From: Blepharisma stoltei ATCC 30299
Taxonomy: Eukaryota > Protista > Ciliophora
DNA: 64,000 nucleotides
Assembly: GCA_965603825.1 (NCBI GenBank)
Contig: CBFDEM010000033.1
Span: 62,001 to 126,000, forward strand
Reading direction: 5' to 3'
The notes under the pieces are model-generated. The model was not told the origin of the DNA, searched no databases, and saw only the letters and a list, made by a program, of their open reading frames with translations. The translations under genes were made by a program, and so were the position numbers. Shown here in pieces: positions 10,973 through 23,796 of the stretch. The first letter of the stretch is position 1, and every line of letters begins with the position of its first letter.

Positions 10973-12943
10973 ATGAACGATAAAACTTGGAGAGTCAAGC
11001 TATATGAGCTTTCCAGTGAAGGCCAATGGGAAGATCTGGGAATCGGTGAAGCCAAAATATCAGACAATTTTTTTGAAATTTTCAGCGAGGATGACAACAC
11101 ATTTCTGCTTGGTTACCAAGTCGGTGATGAAGTTTACAGCAGACAGGACGACTCAATTATAACAATTTCTTACAATAATCATTGCACGTACGCTGTAAGT
11201 TTTCAAGACCCTGTTGGTGCCCAAATAACATGAGAAAATTTTTTATCTATACAAGGGCGGGATCCAAATATTCAGAAAATTCAAGCATTGCCACAGCCAA
11301 ATGAAGAGAATTTGACTGAAGTTATTGAGATTTTAAGCGATTTAAATGCTTCAAATCGGGCCAATAATACTCAAGCTATAATAAATGATGGGTTTATTAG
11401 AAAGCTTAGCCAAGAGTTCCAACTGTCAAAAAGCAAAGAAAACAAAGAAATTCTGGAAAAATTCTTTTTGGTATACAAAATCCTATTACAATTTTCAGAT
11501 AATTCTATATTAGAAGACCTTCTTTCTGATGAGAATTTTTTCTCATTTATTGGAGCAATGGACTATGACCCATCTGTAAAATGCACACAATATTTACAAA
11601 TGTTTAAAAATGACGTAAAGTTTATTAACCCACTCAATATAACTGACAAAGATTTTTTGGCTAAAATTCACGCTGCTTTTAGGCTAGGATTTTTAAAGGA
11701 GTCTCAGTCTTCTAGAGGGCTTGAAGAGTCAACTGTATATTTCTTGTCAAGTTACCAAATATATGAGTTTAATGAAATTATTAGCTGTTTTATAGACTCA
11801 GGAAATATACGAGCTAGTCTTATATTGAAACTCAAAGCAAAAGATTTTAATTCAGTTTTATTCTTTTATGAGCTTATAAATATTGCTAAATCAGCAAATA
11901 TTGCGATTAGATCAAAATTTTATGATACAATTGTAGCAGATGATATTTTAGAAATAATAGAAGAAAATTGAAGCAAAAATGAATGGACTGAGGAGCAAAA
12001 AATAAAGTTTAGAGGAATGGTTGCTGAATTTTTTTTAGGAATTATGCAAATATCACCTTTTATTATGAAACAGTTTTTCTATGAATCCTGCAAAAAGTCA
12101 CCTGATATCCCATTTCTTGCTGATTTCTGCAAAGAAATGATAAATTCTCCTGAAATTAGCTCATTGCAGCTCATAGGTGAATTTTTAAGAAATTTATTGG
12201 ACGGAGATGAAGATCAAAGCTCAAACTCCCTTTACGAAATTTTATATGACACTGTTTTATATGAATTCATCAAAAAGTTCTCAGCAGATGCAAACATCAT
12301 TACTTCTTCAAGAGACAATATTTTTGAAATTTTGTCTATACTAAGCCAATGCGTCCAAAGCCACAGCTGCCGAATCCGATATTTTTTAATTTTCCACGAA
12401 GTCATACAAAAAGTTGTAAGCCTCTTAGAAATCCCAGACAATCCTCTAAAAATTGCTATTTTAAGATTTTTCCGTACAGTTATAGAGAAAAATGACCAAT
12501 TCATAAATCGCTTTATTATCTCTCGGAACTGCTTTGCCAAAATTTTTCAAGTTTTTATAGATAATGGTGAAAAAGAAAACATGGTTTTTCATTCAATTTT
12601 GGCTTTATTTGAGTCTATAAGAAAAACAAATTCCCCTAGCCTAATAGAGCACGTCATAACAAAGCATGTAGAAAATATAGAAAACGTAAAGCTAAAGAGC
12701 TGCTTTGAGGACTTAATAAATGCTTTTGACAAGCAGAAAAGTCAAGGAATTTCATCTCCGAATAGTCTGAAACTAAATCCTACAGAACTTGCGAGTGATG
12801 AATCATTTTCAAGTCCTTTGGGCTTTGAAAGTGATGAAGAAAACGAAAAAGAATTCAAGCCGATGAAAAGAAAATGTGAAGGAAGCGAAGATGAGATTCA
12901 AAAAAGATTTAAAGGAGAAATCAGTGAAGAATTTATGATATAA
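10973..12943 (+). CDS. PPP4R3: PP4 regulatory subunit 3 (SMEK/Psy2), 656 aa
   Basis: EVH1-like RVKLYEL...GQWEDLG.G, Y.RQ..SII and SFQDP.G....W (TGA 11231-11233). SMK-1 region GAMDYDP and KIH..FRL.FLK. A second TGA at 11969-11971. One frame throughout. Confidence 0.9.
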
Positions 12944-13032
12944 ATAATGAAATTTCAGAAAAATAAATTTATTTTATAGTCATTAGATAGCTTCATTTAT
13001 AATTCCCAAACACTATTAATAATTTTACCAAA

Positions 13033-13251
13033 ATGTCTGCTATGGAAATTGAGACTCAGCCTTCACCCAAAAAAGAAGAAGCACAGCTAATCATTGAAGA
13101 AGACGAAGAATTTGAGGAGTTCGAACTTTATAAGAACCGAGAAGAAATAAATCAAGAGACCTTAAAAGAATGGGAAGAAGAATGGGAAGATGACGTAATA
13201 GAAGATGATTTTGCTGCCGCATTGAGAAATGAGTTGAAAAACCACAATTAA
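13033..13251 (+). CDS. SEM1: DSS1/Sem1 proteasome lid subunit
   Basis: EEDEEFEEF, WEEEWEDD..EDDF...LRNEL. Confidence 0.92.
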   Translation: MSAMEIETQPSPKKEEAQLIIEEDEEFEEFELYKNREEINQETLKEWEEEWEDDVIEDDFAAALRNELKNHN

Positions 13252-13593
13252 TTTTAACGATTATACAGCAAACGATTCATTTAAATACAATAAGGAAATA
13301 TAAGGAAATAAATTAGTAAATAATGCAGCCTTGATATTTAAGTAATTAAATTGTTACTGAGATATGATATTCCAGTGATAAAAATTTATGATAATTTCAG
13401 GATATCAATAAATTATAATTTTCTGATCCGTCGCTTTTAGACTTTTTTAATATCAAGTCGAATTAACATTTTAACAAGTCTTGCCGTATTTTTATAATAA
13501 AATATAGACAAAACCTCTTTACTTTATTTCCGCTGCTTATCAGTACCATTTATTATATTCCTTATCTTTTTCACATTTATTATATATCTAACT

Positions 13594-14637
13594 TTATATA
13601 GCCACTGCATGTGCAATATACTCAGAGGCTTCAGGGTTTATCTCCATCTCTTCATTAACAAACTCATCTCGAGTAAAAATTTCAATGTTTTCCATCCTAA
13701 ACCCGCTTTCTGTAAGCAGTTTTTCCACTTCTTCTAATGTTCTTACTCTCCCATTCAAAATAGTCCCTAAATGCATATCCATAACCCTGCTCCAAAAATA
13801 ATTCCTAGTATTTCTCCCTCCAAAAACATCAAACCACTTAAGTTTCCCTCCTACATTTAACGCCGACCTAATATTCGCCAGAACAGTTTTGACTTTATCA
13901 TTTTCCCAATCAATAAGTGCATGTTTTATTATGATACAATCATAGCCTGACGGGACATTTTCAAACATGTCTCCTTCTATAACAGAAATTCTGTCTTGCA
14001 AATTATGGTTTTCTATATTTCTCCTGCAAATAGGGACGACTTCAGGACGCTCTAAAACAGTTGCTATCATTTTAGGGTACTGGCTGGCAAAATGTATCAT
14101 AAAGCTACCATTACCTCCTGCGATCTCTAAGACACGCTCACAGTCACCAACTCCTATATCTTTTGACCCACTGTTTCAGACAGTTGTCATACTTTGCATT
14201 CCACCTTGAAATGTTTTTAAGAGCTCAGGGTTATTTTTAAAGCCTTCATAATAATGGCAGCCAAATCGCAGTTCTGGGCATGATTTTTCAGATTTGACCC
14301 ATTCTGGGAAGGAACATAAAATGTCATATTTAAAAGGCCAAAATAAATATTTTATTAGTCTTTTCAAGGACTCTTCTGTTAAGACAGCTGTGGTTGGACT
14401 GTTTGACCATTGATTTGTTTCTGGGTTAAAACTGAAATAGCCATCAACTTCTAGTGCCATAAGAAGACGATCGAGTTTATTGGGAAGAGCTGATGTCAGT
14501 TCTGCAAGTTCAGAAACAGTTTTTGGTTGCTGAAGAAGTGAGGGGAGGTTTAAGTCGAGAGCTGTATAGAGCATAATTCCAAAAAAAGGTGCATAAGCAG
14601 CCTTATAAATTTTTGATAATGCTTCTGTTTGTTCCAT
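13594..14637 (-). CDS. SAM-dependent small-molecule O-methyltransferase with dimerisation domain, 347 aa
   Basis: Two ORFs joined in frame by TGA at 14176-14178. LEIAGGNG, ERPEV, I..IEGDMFE.VP, KH.L.DW and G.VRT..E...LL..SGF. Confidence 0.88.
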
Positions 14638-14824
14638 TTATAATCGGACAAAAAATGACCAAGTGAAAAAAATGTCAGTTATAATGAAAAGTTGACTGAT
14701 TTTATTATTAAATTTTAAAAATATTTAGAATTTCATATTAATATGAAATTTTCTAATGCAATTAGCATAAATTATAATTTAGGTAGCATTTGTATGTGCT
14801 ACATACTCGATTTACATATTAATA

Positions 14825-15790
14825 TTGACCAATTCATCCCTCTACAAAATTTACAATAAACCCAGCTTCTGTAATTTATTTTTTGGCCTCTTCCAAAGAC
14901 CTCACAGTTCCATTGTAGCGGTCAACAAATGGATATTTCTGCTCCAAAAATACCAAGCTACTTAAGCTTTTCTCCGCTCCTTAAAGCTGCTCTAATATTG
15001 GAAAGAGCAATTTAGATTTCTCATCATCCTACCTAGTTAATTCATACTTAATAGTAGCACAATCATATCCTGTAGGGACAAATTTAAAACATTTCCTTTA
15101 TGATTCTTGAGAATTATGACTTTCTATGTTTTTCCTACAAAATAAGCATGAGCTCAGGGAACTCTAAAACAGTTGCAGCTATATTAGGTTATTGATTTTC
15201 AAGGTAAATCATCATGCTTTCATCTCCTCCTGCAAGCTCTAAAACAGTTGCAGCTATATTAGGTTATTGATTTTCAAGGTAAATCATCATGCTTTCATCT
15301 CCTCCTGCAAGCTCAAAAACCCCTTTCGCATTTTCCTACCCTATATCTTATAACTCTCTATTTCAAAGAGTAGTCATACTTACATTCTTTCTTGAAATAC
15401 CTTTAGCAAGCTTGGGCTGTTCTTAAAGCAATTTTAATTTTGGGGTCAAATCTCAGCTCAGAGCAATTTTATCACTTTTAATGAACTCTAGGTACGAGTA
15501 TAAATAGTCATATTTATTAGGCAACAATAATAATTTTGTGAATTTTTTCAACTGCTCGTCAATTAAAGCAGTTTTTGTTAGACTATTTGGCTATGGATTG
15601 CGCCTGATGTCACTTCGAGTGCCATCAGAAGATGTTCAAGCTTACTGGGAATTGCTGATGCTATTTCTCTAAGTTTTGAAACTGTTTTGGGTTCTGAAGA
15701 AGTGAAGGGAGATTTAAATCTAGAGCTGTATATAGCATTATTCCAAAGAAAGCGGCCTAATCTGCCTTATATATTTTTGATAACCCTTCT
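14825..15790 (-). pseudogene. Decayed paralogue of the adjacent O-methyltransferase
   Basis: Colinear similarity (FFGIMLYTALDLNLPSL, ELAGG, P.GYD) with stops, indels and an internal duplication. Boundaries are approximate. Confidence 0.8.
15162..15311. repeat. Perfect 75-bp tandem duplication, two copies
   Basis: CTCTAAAACAGTTGCAGC...CCTCCTGCAAG at 15162-15236 and 15237-15311. Confidence 0.92.
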
Positions 15791-16122
15791 AAAATGGATG
15801 TAAAACTGCCGAGGTAGCAAAACAGATAATTAAAACAGAGATGATTTTTGATAAATTATTCAATATAATTTACGTAAAATAAGTGAAAGGTTAATAAGCT
15901 AATATTAAAGTAGAAATTAAAGCTAAATTTACCCTGTATTGATGCAAAGAATTCAGTTATTTTTGGTTTTAGAAAAAAAAATTTCCAATTTTATATACAC
16001 TACAAATTTTATGGAAAATGTTGCCAATTTGTAAGCTAAAAGATTAAGATTTAATTGTTTTTTAATGGATTTTTAGTTAATTTTATCTTTTCTTGCATTT
16101 TAGAGACTTTCTAAAAAATCTG

Positions 16123-16695
16123 CTATATCATGTCTTCTTGTATTATGTCATCTCCAAGAATAGGAGTTTCTTCATGCTGTGCTTCTTGATTTAAAGCTTC
16201 GTAAATTGCAATTCCTATGATTCTGGCGTCATGAAGTACCCTGTCTTCATTAGGAAGTCAAGGGACTAGATATTTAAAATAGTTAAATCCAATCTCTTTC
16301 AGCCATTCTGTAAAAGCTTGGTAATATATATACTTTATTAAACGTTTATTAGCTCATTCTTCAGAAAATATTTTAGAAAGCATTTGCACTTCTACATTAT
16401 GCTCAATATCAATTGCACTAGAGTTTTCTGGTGATTTAAAACTCTCGCGAAGATTAGTAATAAGTTCTTTAATGTTCGGTACATACTTTAGCACATAAGA
16501 ATCATCGCTTACATAAGTCGGAACGTTATGCAACAAAGTAAAGTAATCTTCTATATAAGTACTTAAATCGTATACTTTTTCTTCACCTTCTGATAGATAT
16601 TTTATAGTAGGAGTTTCTATTGAGCTCTCTAAAATTAGCCTAGCTTGTATAAGCTTATCTCTGGTTTCTATAAATAATTCTTTTCCGCTTTTCAT
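16123..16695 (-). CDS. Hypothetical protein, 190 aa
   Basis: The track ORF extends through TGA codons to TAG at 16123-16125. No family recognised. Confidence 0.55.
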
Positions 16696-17399
16696 ATATT
16701 TTATCTAATTAAGTTAATGTATTAATTGTATTTTATCTAGTCTTGGAGCTCATCGTCTATTAATATACGATAATATACGATATCCTTCAGCATTAAAAAT
16801 TCTTTCCATGGCTCCTGCATCACCAAATACTGTGCCTCTAAAATTATTGGGCTCCAAGATTTCCTTTACAACATCGAGATGAGAAGTTTAAAAATAGAGC
16901 TAAAGCATCCTTCTCTATATTCAAAATATATTAAAGAAAGAACTATGCTTGTTTCCTTAGTAGGACCTTCAGAAGGGTTCGCTTTCTTTTACTTATAGGC
17001 AAATAGAAAATCATCAGGGTATTGCCATAATATATGATAGAAGTATGGCGTGGTTTACAGCAAGAACCTGAATTAATTAGAAAGTCTTTGTGGAGAAAAA
17101 GAATCTTTTTAAAAGACCTATCTTAAAGTTACAGATTATAAAGCTGCTGGAGTCTTGAAAGTAATACATTAAAGATAATGTCCAGAAACATATTAGATTT
17201 TACTAATTTGAGATGAAACTGTATATAACACTGAGTTCAAGCTCTAATTAGGCTCGAACCTTCAAGTATTTTCTCATATAATTTTTCACAACTTATTATT
17301 CTTTTTGCTTTAATTTTCAATTAATCATTTCTTAAATGATTATCTCTAAAGCTAAAATGAATTATTATTTTGATTAAAGATTTAAGGATTAAATTATTA

Positions 17400-18440
17400 T
17401 TAATCTTTAATACTTTCATCTGTGCTTGAAAAGTCTCCATCAGATTCCTCTTCTCTGATGCTAGACTCTTGTATTGCAAAATTCACAAATTCATTTAACC
17501 TGATCATCTTTTTATTGGAAAAATATTTTTCACAAATTGCTTTGGCTAAAGAATTATTCTCTGATAGCTCCTCTATTATTCCAAAATAGGGAGATTTTTT
17601 GCACAAAATTTTATAAGGATTTTCCATTCTGTCCTTTTCACCAATTTCAAGGATCCTCTCAAGGCAATTTAGTGAGGAGTTTATTAAAAATACAGACTCG
17701 CTGGTTAGATTTTCCAATAAAGAATCAAGGACTCCGAGCTCAATGATTTTTTCTATTTGCTCTTCAGACCCTACTTCAATAGTTTTGTCCAGAATAACAG
17801 CAATAGAAAATCTGTCAATTCAGTAGCTTGATTTTGCAGTCGTGATTAAATTTGTAAGCGTTTCTGAAGAAATGAGCTTTCCCAACGTAATTTCATTAGG
17901 ATAGTATACTTTGTATATAATATCAATTGCATTAGTTCTAATTTCTAAATTTTCGGAAATTATTAGTTTCGATAAAATTTCAATTGTGCCTGAAAAATAC
18001 AGGATAAGTCTTGCATCTTCATTACTCTCTGTAACTTCTTTTAAAAATTTAATTGAGGCCTCGGCTATTTCTTCTGATCCAATTGTGCATAGCTTAGAGA
18101 GGTCCTGAAGAAGTCCGTGGCTAATAAGAAAATTTATGGATTCGGGATATGCTTGTATGTGATTTAATAGAAGATCTATAGTATCTAAAATTAAATCTTC
18201 GTCGCAAAAGCTAAACATAATCTCAAATGATGGGAGAATTTGTGAGGCTGATAGGAAATTGGGGCTACTGCAAATAGTTAAAATTTCTGCGAAAGCTTTT
18301 AGCTTATGTTCTTTTATGTCAGATGCTTTTATTTGATTAATGAGGTTTTCTATGCTTTTTCATTGTAAATTAATGCTTTCAGGATGATTTTGGTAAAAAG
18401 TATCTCCCGCGTTTTTACCATAAGATTGAGAAGAGCCCAT
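17400..18440 (-). CDS. ARM-repeat (importin-alpha-like) protein, 346 aa, N-terminus MGSSQS
   Basis: One frame from ATG 18440 with TGA=Trp. Homologous to the N-terminal half of the 21601-23796 protein (LYFSG..E.L.KLI, AIDIIYKVYYPNE, ENP). Confidence 0.75.
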
Positions 18441-18525
18441 TTTTATTATCTGCTAATTACCTTCTAATAAATTTGAGCTCAAAATTAATATAAGTTTTCT
18501 ATTTATTTATTATTTATTTAGTTAA

Positions 18526-18900
18526 CTAAGCATAATTTTTCTTTGAATCTCATATCTGGTGTCCCATCTTTCTTTTTGCGTCCATATAAGTTTCCATTCG
18601 AGTCCCTTGTTGGGCTTTCTGTAAAACTGTCTGCCCAGCTAGGGTAGCTACTAGCATAAGGATAATCGGAATAAGTAGGAGATCTCGGGATTGAATATTG
18701 AATATAGCATGAAGGAAGGTAAGCATATGATGGTGTTGTAAAGGTCTGAGAGTAGGAATAAGTACTTTCTTTATATCTTCTGGAGATGAAGATGCTCTTC
18801 TGGTCTAAACATCAAATTGAATTCTTTATTTAAAGTAAACTCTATTTCCTCTCCTCCATCTACAGATTGCAAGCTTTCTCTAATTGATTCTTTAATCTGA
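18526..18900 (-). pseudogene. Internally deleted fragment of the long ARM gene family
   Basis: 18526-18800 matches the 3' end of 19137-20537 and is joined directly to a mid-gene segment (QSVDGGEEIEF). Confidence 0.75.
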
Positions 18901-19136
18901 CAAAGTTAAAATTTTTGTACTCTTGCAAGTGTGGATGATTCTGCAATGCCTGGCAGCATCTCTGAGTAATTTATATCTAGAAGATTAGGAAAGTCATATC
19001 TAAAAATTATAATTATAATTACGAACCCACAAGCGAGTTGTCTTCTAAAGGTGCAAATGTCAGCCATATATTAAATTTAATTAAATCTACTGGAACAGTG
19101 ATCCAAATTCCCAGTTCATGCTGTGATTTGGATGTG

Positions 19137-21324
19137 CTAAGCATAATTTTCTTTGAATCTCATATCTGGTGTCCCATCTTTCTTTTTGCGTCCATATAAG
19201 TTTCCGTTCGAGTCCCTTGTTGGGCTTCCTGTAAAACTCTCTTCCCAGCTAGGGGTGCTACTTGCATAAGGATAATCATAATAAGTAGAAGATATCGGGA
19301 TTGAAGATTGAATATAGCATGAAGGAAGGTAAGAATATGATGGTGTTGTATAGGTCTGAGGGTAGTAATAATTACTTTCTTGATATCTTTCTGGAGATGA
19401 AGATGCTGTATGTGGAGTTTTTGGAGAAGAATCTATATTCACCAAAGTTGTAGCTGAACTGGAGATCTTGCTAGTTTTCTGGGATTTAACCTCTTCCACT
19501 TGTTTTTCAACTTTTTCAGGAGTTTTTGGATTAGGAGAAGCTTCTAAAGCTGGCTTGTTAGAAATCACATTAGTTACTGTAGCATTTTCTGGTGCGATGC
19601 TAATTGAAGACGTTTGCTGTTGAATTAAAAATTTTTTGCTTTTTAAGCTCGGCTTAATTGCTACTGATGATTTTTCAATGGAGAATTTTTCCCTCTTTAA
19701 AGTTGGCTTAATATTTGTAGAAAACGTGGATTTTTCTAAGAAAAGTTCAATTTTAGGACATGGCTTGATTTCTATATAAAATAATGCTTCATCAACTGAA
19801 AGCTCACCCTTTGGATTTGGCTTTATTTCTATAGGGATTAGCTGATTTTCGCTTAAAAGAGTTTTATTCTCAGTCATTGTTTGAGCTTTTTCTGATAATT
19901 TTTCATCTGTAATTTTGATTGAAATTGAAGGCGACTCTGTTAGGGTACTTAAAGATATGTTGAATTTATGATTATTTGATGTCAGAGCAATATTTTTTGT
20001 AGTTTTATTGCTAGCTTCCCCTTTTTCTTCAAATTTTACAGTAGAATTCGGTGATTCAATGCATATAGAAATTGGCTTTAAAGTATTTGCTTCCTTTAAA
20101 CATATATAATTTTCTTCTTTATTTTTGATGGAACTATTAGAAGCATTTAAAAATGTTTTTTTATTGCCACTTCTTTTAAAATTGTTATTTAGTGAGGTTT
20201 CAAATTCATATTCCTCAGCATTTTTTTCGATAGAACATTCTGCTTCAATTTCTTCTGGCCTAAACATTAAATTGAATTCTTTATTAACAGTAAACTCTAC
20301 TTCCTCTCCTCCATCTACAGATTGCAAGCCTTCTCTAAGAGCCATTTTTTCGGATTTTCGTATCATTTCAAGATCTTCCATATAAATAGAACTCATTGCT
20401 TCTTCGTTTTTTAAGCACTGCTCGCAGATAGATTTCGCAAGAGAATTTTTTTCAGCTAATTGCTCTAAGTAAATAAAAAATTCAGAGTTTTTGCATGCTG
20501 CTACAAAAGGGTTTTCCGATTTATCTTTATTTCCCAAACCTTATCATATATGACAAGCACATTAATGAAGTATTTACAATAATAATTGAATGTTCTCCTA
20601 AAGATTCTAATAAAGAATCAATAATTTTAAGCTCGATAATTCTTTCCACTTCATCTGGCACGCTTTCTATAACTTTGCTTAATATTATTGCAATGGAATA
20701 GTTATTTATCCAACCTTTGGATTCATTAGTTTCTTTAGAAATGGATAATTTTTCATGTGAAAATAGCTTTCGAATAGCATCTTCATTTGGATAATAGACT
20801 TTATAAATAATGTCAATGGCTTTTGTGCTTATTAGTTTGTTTTCAGCCATTATTAACTTTGCAAGTGTTTCCTTTTTCCCTGAAAAGTACAAAAGAAATC
20901 TTGCTTGTTCACTAATTTCTATGATTTCTAGTAAAAAGCTGATAGCTGCTTTGATAATTTTTTCTGAGGACTTATTTCCGCACAATTTGAGTAAATCTAT
21001 AAGGACTCCATTATAAATCATTGCATTAATGGATTCATCATTATTTTGAAGCATAAGGCTTAGAACGTCGATTGCTTCAATAATTATTGGTTCATCATCA
21101 AAATTGATCATTTGTGCAATTGAAGGAAGGCTTATTTGCATTTTAGAGTTTTTGTAGACATTGAGGATTTCTTTAAAATATTGCTTTTTGAGGTCAAAGT
21201 CTTGGATTGATTCTCCTCGCTTATTTAAATAGTCAAGGTACTCAGATGGAGGCTGAAGCTTTTCTGAGGTTGTTTGGCTTGAGACTGTAGCTGACTGGCT
21301 ACCAAATGTCTTGATAGAAACCAT
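19137..21324 (-). pseudogene. Near-identical paralogue of 21601-23796 with one frameshift near 20530
   Basis: ORFs 20527-21324 and 19137-20537 together align to the 731-aa copy. A 2-nt loss at the junction gives GGG AAA TAA. Confidence 0.7.
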
Positions 21325-21600
21325 TAATATTATTATAAAGATTTTTATAATATGGAGATTTAATTTTATAGGAAATTAAGTATTTCTATGATTTTTAAGT
21401 CATTATAATTATTATTAGCTGGTAATCGCCCCTTTAACTTCTAAACTCTCAGTTTGTGTGCATTCCCTACTTTTAATTTTCGTATTTTCTGCTTCCACCT
21501 AATTGCTAAAGAGTTCATTTTTATTATCTACTAATTAGCTTCTAATAAAAATGAGCTCAAAATTAATATAAGTTTCCTTTTTATTTATGTATTTAGTTAA

Positions 21601-23796
21601 TTATCTGTAGTTTGCTTTGTATCTCATATCTGGAGTCCCATCTTTCTTTTTTGGCCTATACATGTTTCCATTCCATTCCCTTGTCGCGCTTCCTGTAAAG
21701 GTACTTGCCCAGCTCGGGGAGCTGCTAGTATAAGAATAATCGGAATAAGTAGAAGATCTCGAGATTGAAGATTGACTATAGGTTGAAGGAAGGTAAGAAT
21801 ATGATGGTGTTGTTGATGCTTGAGAGTAGGAATAAGTACTTTCTCTATATCTTTCAGGTGACGATGATGTTGTATTTGGAGTTTTTGGAGAAGAATCTAT
21901 ACTCGCCAGAGTTGTAGCTGAATTGGAGACTTTGCTGGTTTTAGGAGTTTTAACTTCTTCCACTTGCTTTTCAACTTTTTCAGGAGTTTTTGGATTAGGA
22001 GAGGCTTCTAAAGCTGGTTTGCTAGTAATTACATTAGTAACTTTATTCTTTGTTGGCTCGATGATAATTGAAGATGGCTGAATTTGAATTAAAAATTTTG
22101 TCCTTTTTAGGTTCGGCTTAATTGCTACTGATGATTGTGATTTTTCAATGCAGAATTTTTCCTTCTTTAAAACTGGTTTTATATTTATAGTAAAAGTGGA
22201 TTTTTCTAAGAAAAGTTCATTTTTAGGACATGGCTTGATTTCTATATAAAATAATGCTTCATCAACTGAAAGCTCACCCTTTGGATTTGGCTTTATTTCT
22301 ATAGGAATTGACTGATTTTCGCTTAAAAGAGTTTTATTCTCAGTCATTGTTTGAGCTTTTTCTGATAATTTTTCATCTGTAATTTTGATTGAAATTGAAG
22401 GCGACTCTGTTAGGGTACTTAAAGATATGTTGAATTTATGATTATTTGATGTCAGAGCAATATTTTTTGTAGTTTTATTGCTAGCTTCTCCTTTTTCTTC
22501 AAATTTTACGGTAGAATTCGGTGATTCAATGCATATAGAAATTGGCTTTAAAGTATTTGCTTCCTTGCAATCTTTGTCTTTATTATTTATGGAATTATTG
22601 GAGGTATTAAAAAGCGCTTTTTTATTATTATTTCTACCGAAATTGTTGTGCAGTGATGTTTCAAATTCAAATTCCTCAACATCTTTTTCATTAGAGCATT
22701 GTCCTTCGATGTCTTCTGGTCTAAACATCAAATTGAATTCTTTATTAACAGTAAACTCTACTTCCTCTCCTCCATCTACAGATTGCAAACTTTCTTTAAG
22801 TGCCATTTTTTCGGATTTTCGCATCATTTCAAGATCTTCCATATAAATAGAGCTCATTGCTTCTTCATTTTTTAAGCATTGCACACAGAGAGATTTTGCA
22901 AGAGAATTTCTTTCAGCTAATTGCTCTAAGTAATTAAAAAAATCAGAGCTTTTGCATGCTGCTACAAAAGGGTTTTCCGATTTATCTTTATTTTCTCCAG
23001 ACCTAATCATATGTGACAAGCACATTAATGAAGTATTTACAATGATAATTGAATGCTCTCCTAAAGATTCTAATAAAGAATCAATAATTTTCAGCTCGAT
23101 AATTCTTTCTACTTCATCTGGCACGCTTTCTATAACTTTGCTTAATATTATTGCAATGGAATAGTTATTTATCCAACCTTTGGATTCATTAGTTTCTTTA
23201 GAAATGGATAATTTTTCATATGAAAATAGCTTTCGAATAGCATCTTCATTTGGATAATAGACTTTATAAATAATGTCAATGGCTTTTGTGCTTATTAGTT
23301 TGTTTTCAGCCATTATTAACTTTGCAAGTGTTTCCTTTTTCCCTGAAAAGTACAAAAGAAATCTTGCTTGCTCGCTAATTTCTGTGATTTCTAGTAAAAA
23401 GCTGATAGCTGCTTTGATAATTTTTTCTGAGGACTTGTTTCCGCACAATTTGAGTAAATCTATAAGGACTCCATTATAAATCATTGCATTAATGGATTCA
23501 TCATTATTTTGAAGCATAAGGCTTAGGACGTCGACTGCTTCAATAATAATCGGTTCATCATCAAAAGTGATCATCTGGGCTATTGAAGGAAGAGCTTTAA
23601 GGCTGATCTGCATTTTAGAGGTTTTGTAGATGTTGAGGATTTCTTTAAAATATTGTTTTTTGAGGTCAAAATCTTGGATTGCTTCTGCTCGTTTATTTAA
23701 ATAGTCAAGGTACTCAGATGGAGGCTGAAGCTTTTCTGAGATTTTTTGGATTAAAATTGTAGCCTTGTCGCTGTCAAATGCCTGGATGGAAACCAT
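21601..23796 (-). CDS. ARM-repeat protein with a low-complexity C-terminal half ending KKKDGTPDMRYKAN, 731 aa
   Basis: Uninterrupted ORF. Importin-alpha-like helical N-terminus, degenerate ~19-aa repeats and a Ser/Thr/Tyr-rich tail. Confidence 0.75.
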   Translation of the reverse strand: MVSIQAFDSDKATILIQKISEKLQPPSEYLDYLNKRAEAIQDFDLKKQYFKEILNIYKTSKMQISLKALPSIAQMITFDDEPIIIEAVDVLSLMLQNNDESINAMIYNGVLIDLLKLCGNKSSEKIIKAAISFLLEITEISEQARFLLYFSGKKETLAKLIMAENKLISTKAIDIIYKVYYPNEDAIRKLFSYEKLSISKETNESKGWINNYSIAIILSKVIESVPDEVERIIELKIIDSLLESLGEHSIIIVNTSLMCLSHMIRSGENKDKSENPFVAACKSSDFFNYLEQLAERNSLAKSLCVQCLKNEEAMSSIYMEDLEMMRKSEKMALKESLQSVDGGEEVEFTVNKEFNLMFRPEDIEGQCSNEKDVEEFEFETSLHNNFGRNNNKKALFNTSNNSINNKDKDCKEANTLKPISICIESPNSTVKFEEKGEASNKTTKNIALTSNNHKFNISLSTLTESPSISIKITDEKLSEKAQTMTENKTLLSENQSIPIEIKPNPKGELSVDEALFYIEIKPCPKNELFLEKSTFTINIKPVLKKEKFCIEKSQSSVAIKPNLKRTKFLIQIQPSSIIIEPTKNKVTNVITSKPALEASPNPKTPEKVEKQVEEVKTPKTSKVSNSATTLASIDSSPKTPNTTSSSPERYRESTYSYSQASTTPSYSYLPSTYSQSSISRSSTYSDYSYTSSSPSWASTFTGSATREWNGNMYRPKKKDGTPDMRYKANYR

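Noticed and set aside
16740-17260. Possible coding remnant upstream of the 190-aa hypothetical gene
   Set aside because: No sustained open frame or motif.
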